From an uncultured Acidimicrobiales bacterium (GTDB lineage: Bacteria > Actinomycetota > Acidimicrobiia > Acidimicrobiales > Ilumatobacteraceae): DNA of 64,000 nucleotides. The notes beneath the pieces are model-generated. The model saw only the letters and a program-made list of their open reading frames with translations, ran no database searches and was not told the DNA's origin. Location: assembly GCA_963803355.1 (NCBI GenBank), contig CAWDLV010000002.1, forward strand, positions 146,829 to 210,828. Direction: 5' to 3'. The first letter of the stretch is position 1, and each line of letters begins with the position of its first letter. Below, one piece after another: positions 1 through 11,793 of the stretch. Position numbers and translations under genes: made by a program.

Positions 1-350
1 ACGATGACGGCGCCGCTGGCCAAGAAGACGATGCTCACCTGCAGCCAGCGGTTGTCACGGATGGCCTCGTTGCGGCTCAACCCGACGACGAAGCCGGCCA
101 CGCAGAGCACCAGCGCCCAGAGCCCGAAGGGGGTGGTCAAGGACAAGTCGTACACGAAGCCGATCACGAAGCCGGCCGCGGTCCCCCGTTGAGGCCCGCC
201 GACCAGGCCGGCCACCACGGCGCACAGCACGACGAGGTCAGGGCTGGCCCCGAGAAGGTGGATCTGGGAAACGACGACGGTCTGGACGGTCACCACCACG
301 ACGGCGAGCGCGGGCACGCGGAACCAGGGCGAGTACAACGCCGCGAGCAC
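1..350 (-). CDS. mreD: Rod shape-determining protein MreD. The N-terminal part is in the window; the gene runs off the left edge.
   Basis: A GTG start overlaps the mreC stop. The reverse-strand translation is hydrophobic and multi-TM (VLAALYSPWFRVPALAVVVVTVQ...GFVIGFVYDLSLTTPFGLWALVLCVAGFVVG). It sits immediately downstream of mreB-mreC, the canonical mreBCD order. Confidence 0.55.
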   Translation of the reverse strand, partial: MLAALYSPWFRVPALAVVVVTVQTVVVSQIHLLGASPDLVVLCAVVAGLVGGPQRGTAAGFVIGFVYDLSLTTPFGLWALVLCVAGFVVGLSRNEAIRDNRWLQVSIVFLASGAVI

Positions 351-356
351 GCGGCC

Positions 357-1355
357 TCACTTCCTGGCGTAGGCGGCGTCGCCGTCGTACAGGAGGACCT
401 GCACGATGCTGAGCCGCTGCAGGTCGACCACCGGATCGACCCGCACCAGCAGGTCGAGCGAGCCCGGGCGGCGCTCCACCATGCTCACCCGACCGATCGG
501 GATGCCGCGCGGGAAGAGGCTCTCGGTCACCCCGGCGGTGATCACCCCGTCACCGACGGTGATGCAGGCCTCGGCATCCACCTGCTCGACCTCCAGCGGC
601 TTGCCCCGTCCCCGCCCCCGCACCCGGCCGAGCTCGGTGTCCTGACGCGGCGCCGCGGTGGTCGCCGTGACTGGGGCCGGCACGTTGGTGGGGAGCGTGC
701 CCGGCGCCGCCGCCGGCTTGGCCTGCGCCGAGCCCGTGGGCGTCGTGGTCGTGGTCGTCGTGGTGGTGGTGGTCGTGCTGGCCGCGTTGGCGCACGGCGC
801 GCTGGCGAACCGCACGCCCACCGTCGACTCCGGGTCCGAGAGCAGGCGCACCACCGACTGGCGAGGCGCGACCTGCTCCGTCCGGCCCACGAGCCCGCCT
901 GACGTGATCACCGGCATGCCGACCTTGATGCCCTGACGCGACCCCTGGTTGATGGTCACGGTCTGGTCGAAGTTCGAGGGCGCCCCCGAGACGACCTCGG
1001 CCTTCACCAGCGGGATGCCGGTGAGGGTGGGCAGGTTGAAGTGGGCCTTGAGCTGCTGGTTCTCGTACACAGCCGCTTGCGCCGCGATGGAGGCGCCGTC
1101 CTGTGCTTCCACCTGATCCCGGAGCTCGTCGTTCTCGGTCTTGAGGTGGTCGTAGCTCGTAACGCCCTTCCAGGCGCTGGCCACCGGTCGGGCCGCCAGC
1201 CGGGACACACTGCGCAGGGGCGAGGTAACGGTGATGAAGCCGGTGCGCGCGCCGTCGAGCACACGGTTCCCGCGCTGGTCGAAGGTGAGCAGGACGAGGG
1301 CCGTGATGACGAAGAGCACGAGCAGGCGGCGACGACCGACCGGGACAGTGGCCAC
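357..1355 (-). CDS. mreC: Rod shape-determining protein MreC, with a poly-Thr/Pro linker.
   Basis: The 332-aa ORF has an N-terminal TM segment and a coiled coil (ENDELRDQVEAQ). Its C-terminus is MreC-like (GIPIGRV...VDLQRL). A run of 13 Thr plus a Pro/Ala-rich linker lies mid-protein. It is located between mreB and mreD. Confidence 0.85.
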   Translation of the reverse strand: MATVPVGRRRLLVLFVITALVLLTFDQRGNRVLDGARTGFITVTSPLRSVSRLAARPVASAWKGVTSYDHLKTENDELRDQVEAQDGASIAAQAAVYENQQLKAHFNLPTLTGIPLVKAEVVSGAPSNFDQTVTINQGSRQGIKVGMPVITSGGLVGRTEQVAPRQSVVRLLSDPESTVGVRFASAPCANAASTTTTTTTTTTTTPTGSAQAKPAAAPGTLPTNVPAPVTATTAAPRQDTELGRVRGRGRGKPLEVEQVDAEACITVGDGVITAGVTESLFPRGIPIGRVSMVERRPGSLDLLVRVDPVVDLQRLSIVQVLLYDGDAAYARK

Positions 1356-1377
1356 GGGCGTGGGCGGTGGGCCCCTC

Positions 1378-2409
1378 TCAGGAGTCCTGGCCGCGGAAGA
1401 GGACGCCCCGCAGCGAGTCGAACTCCTCGAGGGCCTGGCCCGAGCCGATCACCACGGACTGCAGCGGGTTCGGCGCGATGTTGATCGGCATGCCGGTCTC
1501 CTGCTCGAGGCGGCGATCGAGACCGGCCAGCAGGGCGCCGCCGCCGGTGATCGTGATGCCCCCCTCCATGATGTCCGCCGCCAGCTCTGGCGGCGTCTTG
1601 TCGAGCGTCGTCTTCACGGCGTCGACGATGGCCGCGACCGGCTCCTCGAGCGCCTCGCGGACCTGCTCGGTGGTGAGCTCGATGGTGTGGGGCAGGCCGG
1701 TGACGAGGTCGCGCCCCCGGACCTCGGCCGTGAGCTCTTCGGCGAGGGGCCAGGCCGAGCCCATCGCCATCTTGATCTCCTCGGCCGTCTGCTCGCCCAC
1801 CGCGAGCGAGAACTCCTTCTTGATGTAGTTGATGACGGCTTCGTCGAGCTCGTCGCCAGCCACCCGCACCGACTGGCTGGCCACGATCCCGCCCAGGGAG
1901 ATGACGGCCACCTCGGTGGTGCCGCCGCCGATGTCCACCACCATGTTGCCCGTGGGCTCCTGCACCGGTAGGCCGGCGCCGATGGCGGCCGCCATGGGCT
2001 CCTCGATGATGTAGGCCGGCTTGCGGGCGCCGGCGTACTCGGCCGCGTCCTGCACGGCTCGCTGCTCGACGCCGGTGATGCCCGACGGGACGCAGATCAC
2101 CATGCGGGGCTTCACCCACCGGCTGCGGTGGACCTTCTGGATGAAGAAGCGCAGCATCTTCTCGCAGATCTCGAAGTCGGCGATGACGCCGTCCTTCAGT
2201 GGCCGCACGGCCTGGATGTGCCCGGGGGTCCGGCCCATCATCCGCTTGGCCTCGAGCCCGACGGCGACGGGCCGGCCGTCTCGGGCGTTGATCGCCACCA
2301 CCGACGGTTCGTTCAGGACGATGCCGTGCCCGCGCACATAGATCAGCGTGTTGGCAGTTCCGAGGTCGACCGCCATGTCGCGGCCGAGGGCAATGGAGTT
2401 CGACGGCAC
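1378..2409 (-). CDS. mreB: Rod shape-determining actin-like protein MreB.
   Basis: Motifs [30 protein letters not shown] and ITGGGALL are present. The likely start is a GTG at 2409, preceded by GGAAGGGA. The ORF track extends further to 2469. Confidence 0.9.
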   Translation of the reverse strand: MPSNSIALGRDMAVDLGTANTLIYVRGHGIVLNEPSVVAINARDGRPVAVGLEAKRMMGRTPGHIQAVRPLKDGVIADFEICEKMLRFFIQKVHRSRWVKPRMVICVPSGITGVEQRAVQDAAEYAGARKPAYIIEEPMAAAIGAGLPVQEPTGNMVVDIGGGTTEVAVISLGGIVASQSVRVAGDELDEAVINYIKKEFSLAVGEQTAEEIKMAMGSAWPLAEELTAEVRGRDLVTGLPHTIELTTEQVREALEEPVAAIVDAVKTTLDKTPPELAADIMEGGITITGGGALLAGLDRRLEQETGMPINIAPNPLQSVVIGSGQALEEFDSLRGVLFRGQDS

Positions 2410-2505
2410 GGGCGTCCCTTCCGGCAACGGCCGATTGGCCACCCAGGCTACAAGGTGGGCGCCGGCCACTGCCCGCGGGGCGACCGCGGCGGCGCGACCG
2501 GGCGC

Positions 2506-2925
2506 TCAGGACGTGGGCAAGCGGGGGAAGAAGAGCCCGAGCTCCCGGACGGCCGATTCCGGGCCGTCGCTGCCGTGGATCAGGTTCTCGGTGAACTGGA
2601 TGCCGAGATCGCCGCGGATGGTGCCGGGCGCGGCCTGGCGCGGGTTGGTGGCGCCCATCATGTCCCGCACCACCTTCCAGGTGTCCTCCGGGCCCTCGAT
2701 CGCCGCCGTGACGACCGGCCCTCGGGACATGAAGGCCACCAGGTCGGCGTAGAAGGGCTTGCCCTGGTGCTCCTCGTAGTGCCGGCTCAGGATCGCCTGG
2801 TCCAGCGTGCGCAGCTCCAGGGCCGAGATGACGAGGCCCCGCTGCTCGAACCGGCTGAGGATCTGGCCGACGAGACCGCGTTCGACGGCGTCGGGCTTGA
2901 GGATGACGAGGGTGCGGTCAGACAT
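2506..2925 (-). CDS. ndk: Nucleoside diphosphate kinase.
   Basis: The 139-aa protein is MSDRTLVILKPDAVERGLVGQILSRFEQRGL...NLIHGSDGPESA, with the NDK active-site region NxxHGSD. Confidence 0.9.
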   Translation of the reverse strand: MSDRTLVILKPDAVERGLVGQILSRFEQRGLVISALELRTLDQAILSRHYEEHQGKPFYADLVAFMSRGPVVTAAIEGPEDTWKVVRDMMGATNPRQAAPGTIRGDLGIQFTENLIHGSDGPESAVRELGLFFPRLPTS

Positions 2926-3126
2926 GACGGCCGGCCACTGTATAGGTCCCGGCGATGGGGTCGGCGGCCGAGGCCCGCCGGCCCCACGCCGGCCGGGCGA
3001 AACATTCCGGGCACCGAAGCTGAGGGCCGAGGACGCATTCGGTGACCAGAACGACAGCGGCCGGCGAGTCAGTGGGACCTGGGAGTGTGCCCCCCGCAGC
3101 CACGATGAACTCGGCTGCCCAGTTGG

Positions 3127-4428
3127 CTACTGGCCGGGCAGGACGGTCAGCAGGTGAGGCCGAGCGGTGCCGACCAGGTACAGCGAGCCGGTGACCAAGA
3201 TGAGGTCATCCGCGTCCGCCTGGTCGAGCGCAGCGTCGCAGGCGTCGACGACTGAGTCGGTGTACGAGACGTGGTCGCACCCGAGCGCCTTGGCCGCGGC
3301 CGCCGTCTCGGCAGCCGGCACGGCGCGGGGCGAGTCCGGGGCGCAGCAGATCACGACGTCCCACTGGTCGGCCCGCAGTGCCTCGAGCATCGCCCGAGGA
3401 TCACGACCAGAGAGGAATCCGGCGACGAGTATCTTGCGGCCGGCCGGATCGAAGTCCTCGAAGACCACGGACGCGCAGCTGTCCGCACCCGGCGGGTTGT
3501 GGGCGCCGTCGACGATCACGAGCGGCCGGTGGCCGAGCACCTCGAACCGCCCCGGTACCCGCACGTCGGCGAGGGCCTCGTCGACCACGTCCTGGGCCAG
3601 CGGGGTGTCGAAGAAGGCTTCCACCGCCGTGAGCGCGACCGCCGCGTTGTCGCCCTGGTAGCGGCCGTGGAGCGGCAGGTAGAGCTGGTGGTAGATCGAC
3701 GTCGGTGTGCGCAGAGCCAGCGATCGCCCGCCGAGCGCCAGCGTGTTCTCCTCGCACTCGAAGTCGACGTTTCGGGCGTAGATCCGCTCCGCCTCGGTGG
3801 CACGGAAGATGGCCGCCAGCTCGGGGTCGGTCTCACCGAGCACGAGCGTGCTACCGGGCTTGACGATCCCGGCCTTCTCCCTGGCCACGTCGGCCAAGGT
3901 GGGGCCGGCGTACTCGAGGTGGTCGAGGCCGACGTTCGTCACCACCGCCACCTGGCCGTCGACGACGTTCGTGGCGTCCCACCGACCAAGCAGCCCGACC
4001 TCGATGACCATGGCGTCCACCGCGATGTCCGCGAACCAGCGGAAGACGGCCGCGGTGCAGATCTCGAAGTAGCTCGGGCTCACGCCGGCCAGGATCTCGA
4101 GGTCGGCGATGGCACCGATCTGATCCGCCAGCTCCTCGTCGCTGATCGGCTCGCCGTTGCGGGACATCCGCTCGTTGACCCGCTCGAGATGGGGGCTGGT
4201 GTAGGTGCCAACGGTGAGGCCCTGGGCCATCAGCAGGCGGGTGATCATCTGGGCCGTGGAGCCCTTGCCGTTGGTGCCGGTGATGTGGATGGCCGGCGCC
4301 GCCCGCTGGGGGTCGCCCATCACCGACATCAACCGCTCGATGCGCTCCGTGGACGGCGAGTTGATGCGGCCCGTGACGTCGTAGTTGGTGTGCTCAGCCA
4401 GGTGGGCGAGCGCGGCGTCATAGTCCAT
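3127..4428 (-). CDS. folC: Bifunctional folylpolyglutamate synthase / dihydrofolate synthase.
   Basis: The 433-aa protein has a Mur-ligase-like P-loop ([10 protein letters not shown]) and FolC-family conservation. It sits upstream of ndk, as in many actinobacteria. Confidence 0.85.
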   Translation of the reverse strand: MDYDAALAHLAEHTNYDVTGRINSPSTERIERLMSVMGDPQRAAPAIHITGTNGKGSTAQMITRLLMAQGLTVGTYTSPHLERVNERMSRNGEPISDEELADQIGAIADLEILAGVSPSYFEICTAAVFRWFADIAVDAMVIEVGLLGRWDATNVVDGQVAVVTNVGLDHLEYAGPTLADVAREKAGIVKPGSTLVLGETDPELAAIFRATEAERIYARNVDFECEENTLALGGRSLALRTPTSIYHQLYLPLHGRYQGDNAAVALTAVEAFFDTPLAQDVVDEALADVRVPGRFEVLGHRPLVIVDGAHNPPGADSCASVVFEDFDPAGRKILVAGFLSGRDPRAMLEALRADQWDVVICCAPDSPRAVPAAETAAAAKALGCDHVSYTDSVVDACDAALDQADADDLILVTGSLYLVGTARPHLLTVLPGQ

Positions 4429-4455
4429 GAGCCCCGTCGGGTTGAGCGCGATGGC

Positions 4456-5742
<1,287 letters not shown>

Positions 5743-5767
5743 GGGCCTCCCTGCCGCCCTCGACCAG

Positions 5768-6400
5768 CTACTTGATGGGACCGGTGCGATCGGCCGCGTT
5801 CCGGGCGGTGATCACTTCGTCGATGATGCCATATTCAACCGCGTCACCCGCCTCAATCACGAAGTCTCGGTCGGTGTCGGTGTGGATGCGGTCCAGGGGC
5901 TGGCCCGTGTGGGTGGCCAGGATCTGCTCCAAGAGGTCTCGCATGCGCATGATCTCCTTCGCCGCCAGCTCGAGGTCCGTGACCTGCGCGTAGCCGACCT
6001 GGCCATACGGCTGGTGGAGGAGCACGCGGGCGTGGGGCAGGGCCAACCGCTTGCCTTTGGTGCCGGCGGCCAGCAGCACCGCCGCGGCCGAGGCCGCCTG
6101 GCCGTAGCAGATCGTGGCGACATCGTTGCGGATGAACTGCATCGTGTCGTAGATGGCGAACAGCGCGGTGAGGTCGCCACCGGGACTGTTGATGTAGATG
6201 TTGATGTCCTTGTCCGGGTTCTCGGACTCGAGGTGCAGCATCTGGGCGCACACCAGGTTGGCGACGAACTCGTCGATGGCGGTACCGAGGAAGATGATGT
6301 TGTCCTTCAGCAGCCGCGAGTAGAGGTCGTAGGACTTCTCACCGAGATTCGTCTTCTCGATGACGTTCGGGACGTAGTAGTTGCTGGCGCGGGAGATCAC
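5768..6400 (-). CDS. clpP: ATP-dependent Clp protease proteolytic subunit ClpP (single copy).
   Basis: The 210-aa protein has the ClpP Ser/His catalytic context (INSPGG...[11 protein letters not shown]...LLHQP). It overlaps the tig stop by 4 nt. The order is tig-clpP-clpX. Confidence 0.95.
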   Translation of the reverse strand: MISRASNYYVPNVIEKTNLGEKSYDLYSRLLKDNIIFLGTAIDEFVANLVCAQMLHLESENPDKDINIYINSPGGDLTALFAIYDTMQFIRNDVATICYGQAASAAAVLLAAGTKGKRLALPHARVLLHQPYGQVGYAQVTDLELAAKEIMRMRDLLEQILATHTGQPLDRIHTDTDRDFVIEAGDAVEYGIIDEVITARNAADRTGPIK

Positions 6401-7878
6401 CTGGCCTCCTCGGCGGGGTTCTCGTGGGGGGTGGCGGGCGCATGGCCCTCGTGAGCGTGGCCTTCGTGATCATGGCCCTCGTGATCGTGATCGTGGTCGT
6501 GGTCCTCGTGATCGTGATCGTGGCCCTCGTGATCGTGGCCCTCGTCATCGTGGTCGTGGTCGTGGTCCGACGGCAGCAGCACGTCGCGGTCGATGGGGTT
6601 GCCGTCCTCGTCGACGATCTCGACGTTGTGCAGCAGCCACTCGAGGGCCTTGGACTTGCGAATCTCGGCCCGCAGGCCGGACACGGCGTCATTGCGCTCG
6701 TAAGCCCGGCGGACCTGCTGGGGCTTCTGGTTCACCCGCATGGCGATCCGCTGGTACTCGACCTCCAGATCGTCGTCGGTGACCTCCAGGCCCTCGGAGT
6801 CGGCCACCGACCGCAAGGCGAGGTCCACCTTCACGGCCTGGCTGGCGCCGGCCCTCAAGCCCTCGGTGAGGGTGGCCGCATCCTGGCCGGTCATGGTCAG
6901 GTACTGGTCGATAGACATGCCCTGGGCCTGGAGGCCATTGACCATGTTCTCGACTCGGCTCCGCAGCTCGTCGTTCACCAGGGCCTCGGGCGGGTCTTCC
7001 TCGACCAGTCCGGCGAGGGCGGACCCGGCCCGCTCCAGCAGGAGCTGGCGGGCGTTGTTCAGCTTCACCGCTTCCATGCGCTCGTGGAGCTGGGCTCGCC
7101 AGGACTCGATCGTGTCGTGCTCGCCCTGGTTGTCGGCGACCCACTCGTCGGTGAGCTCGGCGGGCTCGAGCTCCTGCACCTTCTTGACCGCGACGGTGAA
7201 GTCGGCGGGTTCTTCGGTGCCACTCGGCGTGGCCGTGAACGTGACGGTGTCACCGTTCATGGCGCCCTGGAGCTGGTCGTCGAAGTGCTCCGCCACCCAG
7301 CCCCGGCCGAGCTCGTAGCTCCAGTCCTCGGTGTTGAGCCCCGGGACCGGATCGCCGTCGCGCTCGGCGTCGATGTCGAGCGTGAGGAAGTCGCCGTTCA
7401 AGGCCGGGCGGTCGAGGTCGACCAAGGTGCCCTGGCGGCGCAGCTCGGTGCTCACCACCTCATCGATCTCCTCGTCCTTCACCGTGACGGCCGGCAGCTC
7501 GACTCGCAGCCCGCCGTAGCCCGCCACCAAGACCTGGGGCCGCACCTCGACGGTGGCGTCGAAGGCGATCGGGCCGTCCTCGCTCGCCGGCGGTGATGTC
7601 GACCTCGGGCGGGGCGATGATGTCGACATCGTGGACCTTGACCGCGTCGGCCAGGTAGCGGGGGATGGCGTCCTGCAGCGCCTGCTGGCGGGCCGGGCCA
7701 GGCCGATGCGCGCCTCGAGCACTCGGCGAGGGGCCTTGCCCGGGCGGAAGCCGGGGAGCCGGACCTCGCGGGCGATCTTCTTGAACGCGTCGTCGATGTC
7801 CCTGTCGAACTCGGCCTCGTCGACCTCGACGGACAGCTTCACCTTGTTCCCCTCGAGGGACTCGACCGTGCTCTTCAC
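6397..7878 (-). CDS. tig: Trigger factor with an unusual His/Asp-rich C-terminal tail. As sequenced it is interrupted by two compensating frameshifts.
   Basis: The N-terminus is [59 protein letters not shown], from a GTG at 7878. The TF segment [37 protein letters not shown] is found in a different frame (ORF 7460..8179) between about 7585 and 7690. The C-terminus is ...[82 protein letters not shown]. Confidence 0.8.
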   Translation of the reverse strand: MKSTVESLEGNKVKLSVEVDEAEFDRDIDDAFKKIAREVRLPGFRPGKAPRRVLEARIGLARPASRRCRTPSPATWPTRSRSTMSTSSPRPRSTSPPASEDGPIAFDATVEVRPQVLVAGYGGLRVELPAVTVKDEEIDEVVSTELRRQGTLVDLDRPALNGDFLTLDIDAERDGDPVPGLNTEDWSYELGRGWVAEHFDDQLQGAMNGDTVTFTATPSGTEEPADFTVAVKKVQELEPAELTDEWVADNQGEHDTIESWRAQLHERMEAVKLNNARQLLLERAGSALAGLVEEDPPEALVNDELRSRVENMVNGLQAQGMSIDQYLTMTGQDAATLTEGLRAGASQAVKVDLALRSVADSEGLEVTDDDLEVEYQRIAMRVNQKPQQVRRAYERNDAVSGLRAEIRKSKALEWLLHNVEIVDEDGNPIDRDVLLPSDHDHDHDDEGHDHEGHDHDHEDHDHDHDHEGHDHEGHAHEGHAPATPHENPAEEAR

Positions 7879-7968
7879 AGGGCGGCGAGTGTACCGGTGG
7901 CGGGCCTGGAACCCCGCAGGGATGGGCCCGGGTCGGCGGTGAGACGGCTGGTGCACCAAGATGGGGCC

Positions 7969-8238
7969 ATGACGACCTGGAAGCCGCACAGCCTGGCCCG
8001 GCCCCACCAGGACCAGCTCGACCTGCGGTCGGGCGACCGGGTGCAGGCCAAGGTCGAGCTGCCGGGGGTCCCCGAAGGGCACGCCGGGCAAGGTGATCCT
8101 GGCCAACGGCTTCAACTGGATGCGCTACCGGGTCCGGTTCACGAACGGCGCCGAGCTGGCCGACCTCGACGAGCGCCACCTGACGCCCACCGGTCGAGCG
8201 GCGCGGCGGCTGGCGAAGCGGGCAGCCAAGCGGGCCTG
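7969..8238 (+). CDS. Small hypothetical protein of about 89 aa. An apparent 1-nt indel sits in a G5 run near 8070.
   Basis: The start is ATG MTTWKPHSLARPHQDQLDLRSGDRVQAKVELPG... After a +1 shift the sequence continues protein-like (TPGKVILANGFNWMRYRVRFTNGAELADLDERHLTPTGRAARRLAKRAAKRA*). Without the shift the downstream frame is Arg/Pro/Gly junk. Confidence 0.3.
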
Positions 8239-8256
8239 AGGCGCGAGACTGCCGTC

Positions 8257-8949
8257 ATGGCCGACGCTCCGCCCGGCAACCCGGCGCTGATCGGCGTGAC
8301 CGTGCGTCCCAACGGTCCGTACCTGGTCAGCGGCGACCTGTCCCTCGTCCGCAAGCGGGACGTGCAGTCCGAGCACGGCGAGCCGCTCACGTGGGAGTCG
8401 CTCGAACACCTCGACCCGTCGACCCCGTTGTACGCGCTGTGTCGCTGTGGCCAGTCGTCGAACAAGCCCTTCTGTGACGGCACGCACGCTCGGGTCGGCT
8501 TCGACGGGACGGAGAGCGCGACGAGCACCTACGACGAGCGCAGCCGGACCTTGGGCGGCACCCGCATCGTCGTGCGCGACGACCGGTCGATCTGCGCCCA
8601 CGCCGGCTTCTGCGGCAACCGGGTCACCAACGTCTGGAAGATGGTCCACGGCACAGAGGACTCGATCGTGCGAGGCCAGCTCATGGCTATGGTCGAGCGC
8701 TGCCCGTCCGGCGCCCTCTCCTACCGCCTCAAGGACCAAGACCACGATCTGGAGCCTGACCTCCCGGCCGAGGTGGCGCTGATCGCCGACGGCCCGATCT
8801 GGCTGACCGGCGGCGTGCCGGTGACCACCTCAGATGGCCAGACGCTCGAGACCCGCAACCGGGTCACGCTCTGCCGGTGCGGCGGCTCGAAGAACAAGCC
8901 GCTCTGTGACGGGACCCACAAGGCGATCGGCTTCACCGACCGGCCCTGA
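8257..8949 (+). CDS. Two-domain CDGSH iron-sulfur domain protein.
   Basis: Two CDGSH-type motifs are present: CRCGQSSNKPFCDGTH and CRCGGSKNKPLCDGTH. A Cys/His-rich segment (ICAHAGFCGNRV) lies between them. The ATG start is MADAPPGNPALIGVTVRPNGPYLVSGD. Confidence 0.7.
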   Translation: MADAPPGNPALIGVTVRPNGPYLVSGDLSLVRKRDVQSEHGEPLTWESLEHLDPSTPLYALCRCGQSSNKPFCDGTHARVGFDGTESATSTYDERSRTLGGTRIVVRDDRSICAHAGFCGNRVTNVWKMVHGTEDSIVRGQLMAMVERCPSGALSYRLKDQDHDLEPDLPAEVALIADGPIWLTGGVPVTTSDGQTLETRNRVTLCRCGGSKNKPLCDGTHKAIGFTDRP

Positions 8950-8971
8950 CCGGTCCGCGCGCCCGGCCGAT

Positions 8972-9025
8972 CCGTTCTGTTCCGCGAATTCGAACGCCCG
9001 CCGTCAGATCTGCGGAACGGAACGG
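8972..9025. repeat. 54-bp palindromic hairpin element, copy 1. A 14-bp inverted repeat (CCGTTCTGTTCCGC / GCGGAAC(g)GAACGG) flanks a 26-nt loop.
   Basis: Read directly from the sequence. A second copy with identical architecture lies at 33697..33750. Both copies are followed by G-rich tandem tracts. Confidence 0.5.
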
Positions 9026-9105
9026 GAGAGGGCGGGTGGCCCGGGCGGGTGGCATGGCGGCTGGCCCGGGCGGCGGGCACGGCGGGTGGCTCGGGGCGGG
9101 GGGCT
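9026..9105. repeat. G-rich direct-repeat tract following hairpin copy 1: (GGCGGGTGGC)x3 and GGCCCGGGCGG x2, ending GGGGCGGGGGGC.
   Basis: Direct repeats are visible in the sequence. The parallel tract after copy 2 (33757..33830) ends in the similar motif GGCGGGGGGGCATGGAAC. Confidence 0.4.
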
Positions 9106-9155
9106 TGGACCCGTCGCCCGGCCGGGCTCGGCGTCGCTCTGGAAGAATCGACCCG

Positions 9156-11793
9156 ATGCCACAGATCGTCGACGTCGTCCCCCACACCCACTGGGACCGC
9201 GAGTGGTACCTGCCGTTCCAGCGCTTCCGGCTGAAGCTGGTGGCCACGCTCGACGACCTCCTGTCCGACCTCGAGGCCAATCCGGACTTCACCCACTTCC
9301 TGCTCGACGGGCAGCTGGCGGCCGTCGACGACTACCTCGAGATCCGCCCCGACCGCGAGGACCTGGTGGTGCGTCTCAACCGTGAGGGCCGAGTTGCCAT
9401 GGGCCCTTGGTACACCCTCCCCGACGAGTTCCTCGTGTCGGGCGAGACGCTCGTGCGCAACCTGCAGATGGGGATGGACCGGGCGGACGAGCTCGGCGGC
9501 GCGATGACGGTCGGCTACCTGCCCGACATGTTCGGCCACATCGCGCAGATGCCACAGCTGCTGGCCCAGTTCGGCTTCGAGCACGCAGTCGTGTGGCGTG
9601 GCGTGCCGCCGGCCGTCACTCGCACCGGCTTCTGGTGGGAAGCCCCCGACGGCACCCGCGTCCGGGCCGAATACCTCCCTACCGGCTACGGCGTCGGTTC
9701 GAGGATGCCCGATGACGCGCTGGCCTTCCTCGAGCGGGTGTCGGGCTGGATCGAGGCCTACCGCGGCTTCGTCGGCCACGACCCGGTGCTCTGGATGAAC
9801 GGCAGCGACCACCTGCCCCACCAGGCCTTCGTGCCTCAGATCGTCGCCGATGCCACCAAGCTCTCCGAAGGCGAGCTCGAGCTGCGCATCACGTCGCTGG
9901 CGGAGCACCTGCGCCATGCCCCGACCGATGGGCTGGCCGTCTGGCGCGGCGAGCTCCGCAGCAGTGCTCGAACGAACCTCCTCTTCGGCGTGGGCTCCAA
10001 CCGGGTCGACGTGCGCCAGGCGGTGGCCCGCGCCGAGCGGGTGCTCGAGCAGGTGGCCGAGCCCCTGTGGGCCGCGTTCGTGCCGGCCTCGCTGTGGCCG
10101 GAGCGACTGCTCCAGCTGGCCTGGCGCCAGGTGGTGCTCAATGCCGCCCACGACTCCGTGTGCGCGTGCTCGCACGATGAGGTGGTCGCCGCCGTCGTCA
10201 ACCGTTACGCCGAGGCCCGCCAGATCGGCGACGGTCTGGCAGAGCAGGGCACACACCTCATCGGTGCCGCCCTCGCCGGCCGAGACCCGGTGGCGGTGAA
10301 CACGCTCGCCCGCCGACGGGGCGGCTTGGTCGAGCTCACGCGGCTCGGCGACGAACCGCTCCCCCACGAGCAGCTCCTCCATGCCACGGCCGCGCACCGG
10401 GTGCTGCACGAGCTGCGGGCCGCAGACGCGCCGATCCGACTCGAGGCCGAGCTCGACGTGCGGCCCGACGTCCACGGCGTGGGGTTCAGCGACCGCCTCG
10501 ACGGCCGACTCGATGTCCACCTCATCGTCGACCGCACCAAGGGCGGGCGGTTCCCGGCCCAGGCGAGCGTCCGGCGCCTGGCCGAGCTGGCGGCCGCCGA
10601 TCCCGACCGTCTGGTCGTCCTGAGCCTGGCCGACCGAGCCCGGCGACGGGTGCTCGTCCACGTGGCCGACGTGCCGGGGCTGGGCTGGGCGTCGGTGGCG
10701 CCGAGCGCGGCGCCGCCGGTCGTGGCCGATGGCGTCCGGATGAGCAACGGGTTGCTGACGGTGGAGGTAGACCCGGCTGGAGGGACCTTCGCCCTCGACG
10801 GTCACAGTGGGCTCGGTCGCCTCGTCGACGACGGAGACGCCGGCGACACGTACAGCTACAACCCACCCGAGCCGCGACGTCGTCGTGGAAGGCCCCGAGC
10901 AGCTCGACGTGACGGTGACCGAGTCGGGGCCGTCGCGGGCGCAGATCACGATCGACGCCACCTACCGGTGGCCGCGGCGGGTCGACGACCGCACCGGTAC
11001 CCGCGTCGGCGAAGAGATCGTTCCGATATCAACGACGTTGGAGCTTCGGGCCGGCGAACGCTTCGTGCGGGTCACCACCTCGCTGGACAACCGTTGCGAG
11101 GACCACCGCCTTCGGGCCTGGTTCCCGCTTCCGCAACGGGCGCGCGGCTCACGGGCCGAGAGCGCGTTCACGGTGGTGTGTCGCGGGTTGACGGCCGACA
11201 GCGGTCCGACCGAGGTCGGGCTGCCGACGTTCCCGTCCCGCCGCTTCGTCCAGGCGGGCGGCCTCACGGTGGCCCACGAGGGGCTGCTGGAGTACGAGCT
11301 GGTGGACGTCGATCGGGCCGGCACCGCCGGCGCGCTGGCGCTCACCTTGCTGCGGGCGTCGCGCTACCTCTCGCGTGGTCCGATGAGCTTGCGCCCCCTG
11401 CCAGCCGGTCCGGTCATCGAGCTGGCCGGGTCGCAGGTGCCGGGCCGCCACACGCTGCGCTGCGCCGTCGCCCTCGGCGACGTCGACCCCTACGCCTTGG
11501 TCGAGGATGCCTTCGTGGAGCTGCGGGTGGCCCAGGGCGCCGGTCTCGGCCAGCATCCCGACCGCTACCAGGCCCTCGACGTGTCAGGGCTGCCGGTGTC
11601 GAGCGTGCGCCGGCGCGCCGGGCGGCTCGAGGTGCGAGCCTTCAACCCGAAGCCCTACCCCGGCACGCTGCGCATCGCTGGCCGGCGCGGGCACGTGGTC
11701 GACCTCCGAGGCAACAAGGTCGAGCCCTTCGACGGCGGGCTCACGGTCCGGGCCTACGGCATCGTCACCGTGGCGCTCGACGAACCGGGCTGA
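9156..11793 (+). CDS. GH38 alpha-mannosidase (mannosylglycerate hydrolase-like). There is one apparent frameshift near 10870.
   Basis: The N-terminus is MPQIVDVVPHTHWDREWYLPFQ (the GH38 HxHWDREW motif). The large ORF continues to DTYSYNPPEP, then shifts into ORF 10807..11793 (DVVVEGPEQLDVTVTESGP...). The total is about 880 aa. The RBS is GGAAGAA, 9 nt upstream of the ATG. Confidence 0.8.

Noticed and set aside
189-2119. Long ORFs overlapping mreC/mreB on other frames or strands: 189..902 +, 550..795 -, 1004..2119 -, 1231..1971 +.
   Set aside because: They have Arg/Pro/Gly/Ala-rich composition typical of shadow ORFs in 70%+ GC DNA. The real genes are the Mre proteins, with clear family motifs.
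8972-9025. Inverted-repeat elements as an IS, MITE or transposon.
   Set aside because: There is no transposase or integrase ORF anywhere in the window and no obvious target-site duplications. A mobile origin cannot be excluded; it is reported as a repeat of unknown nature.
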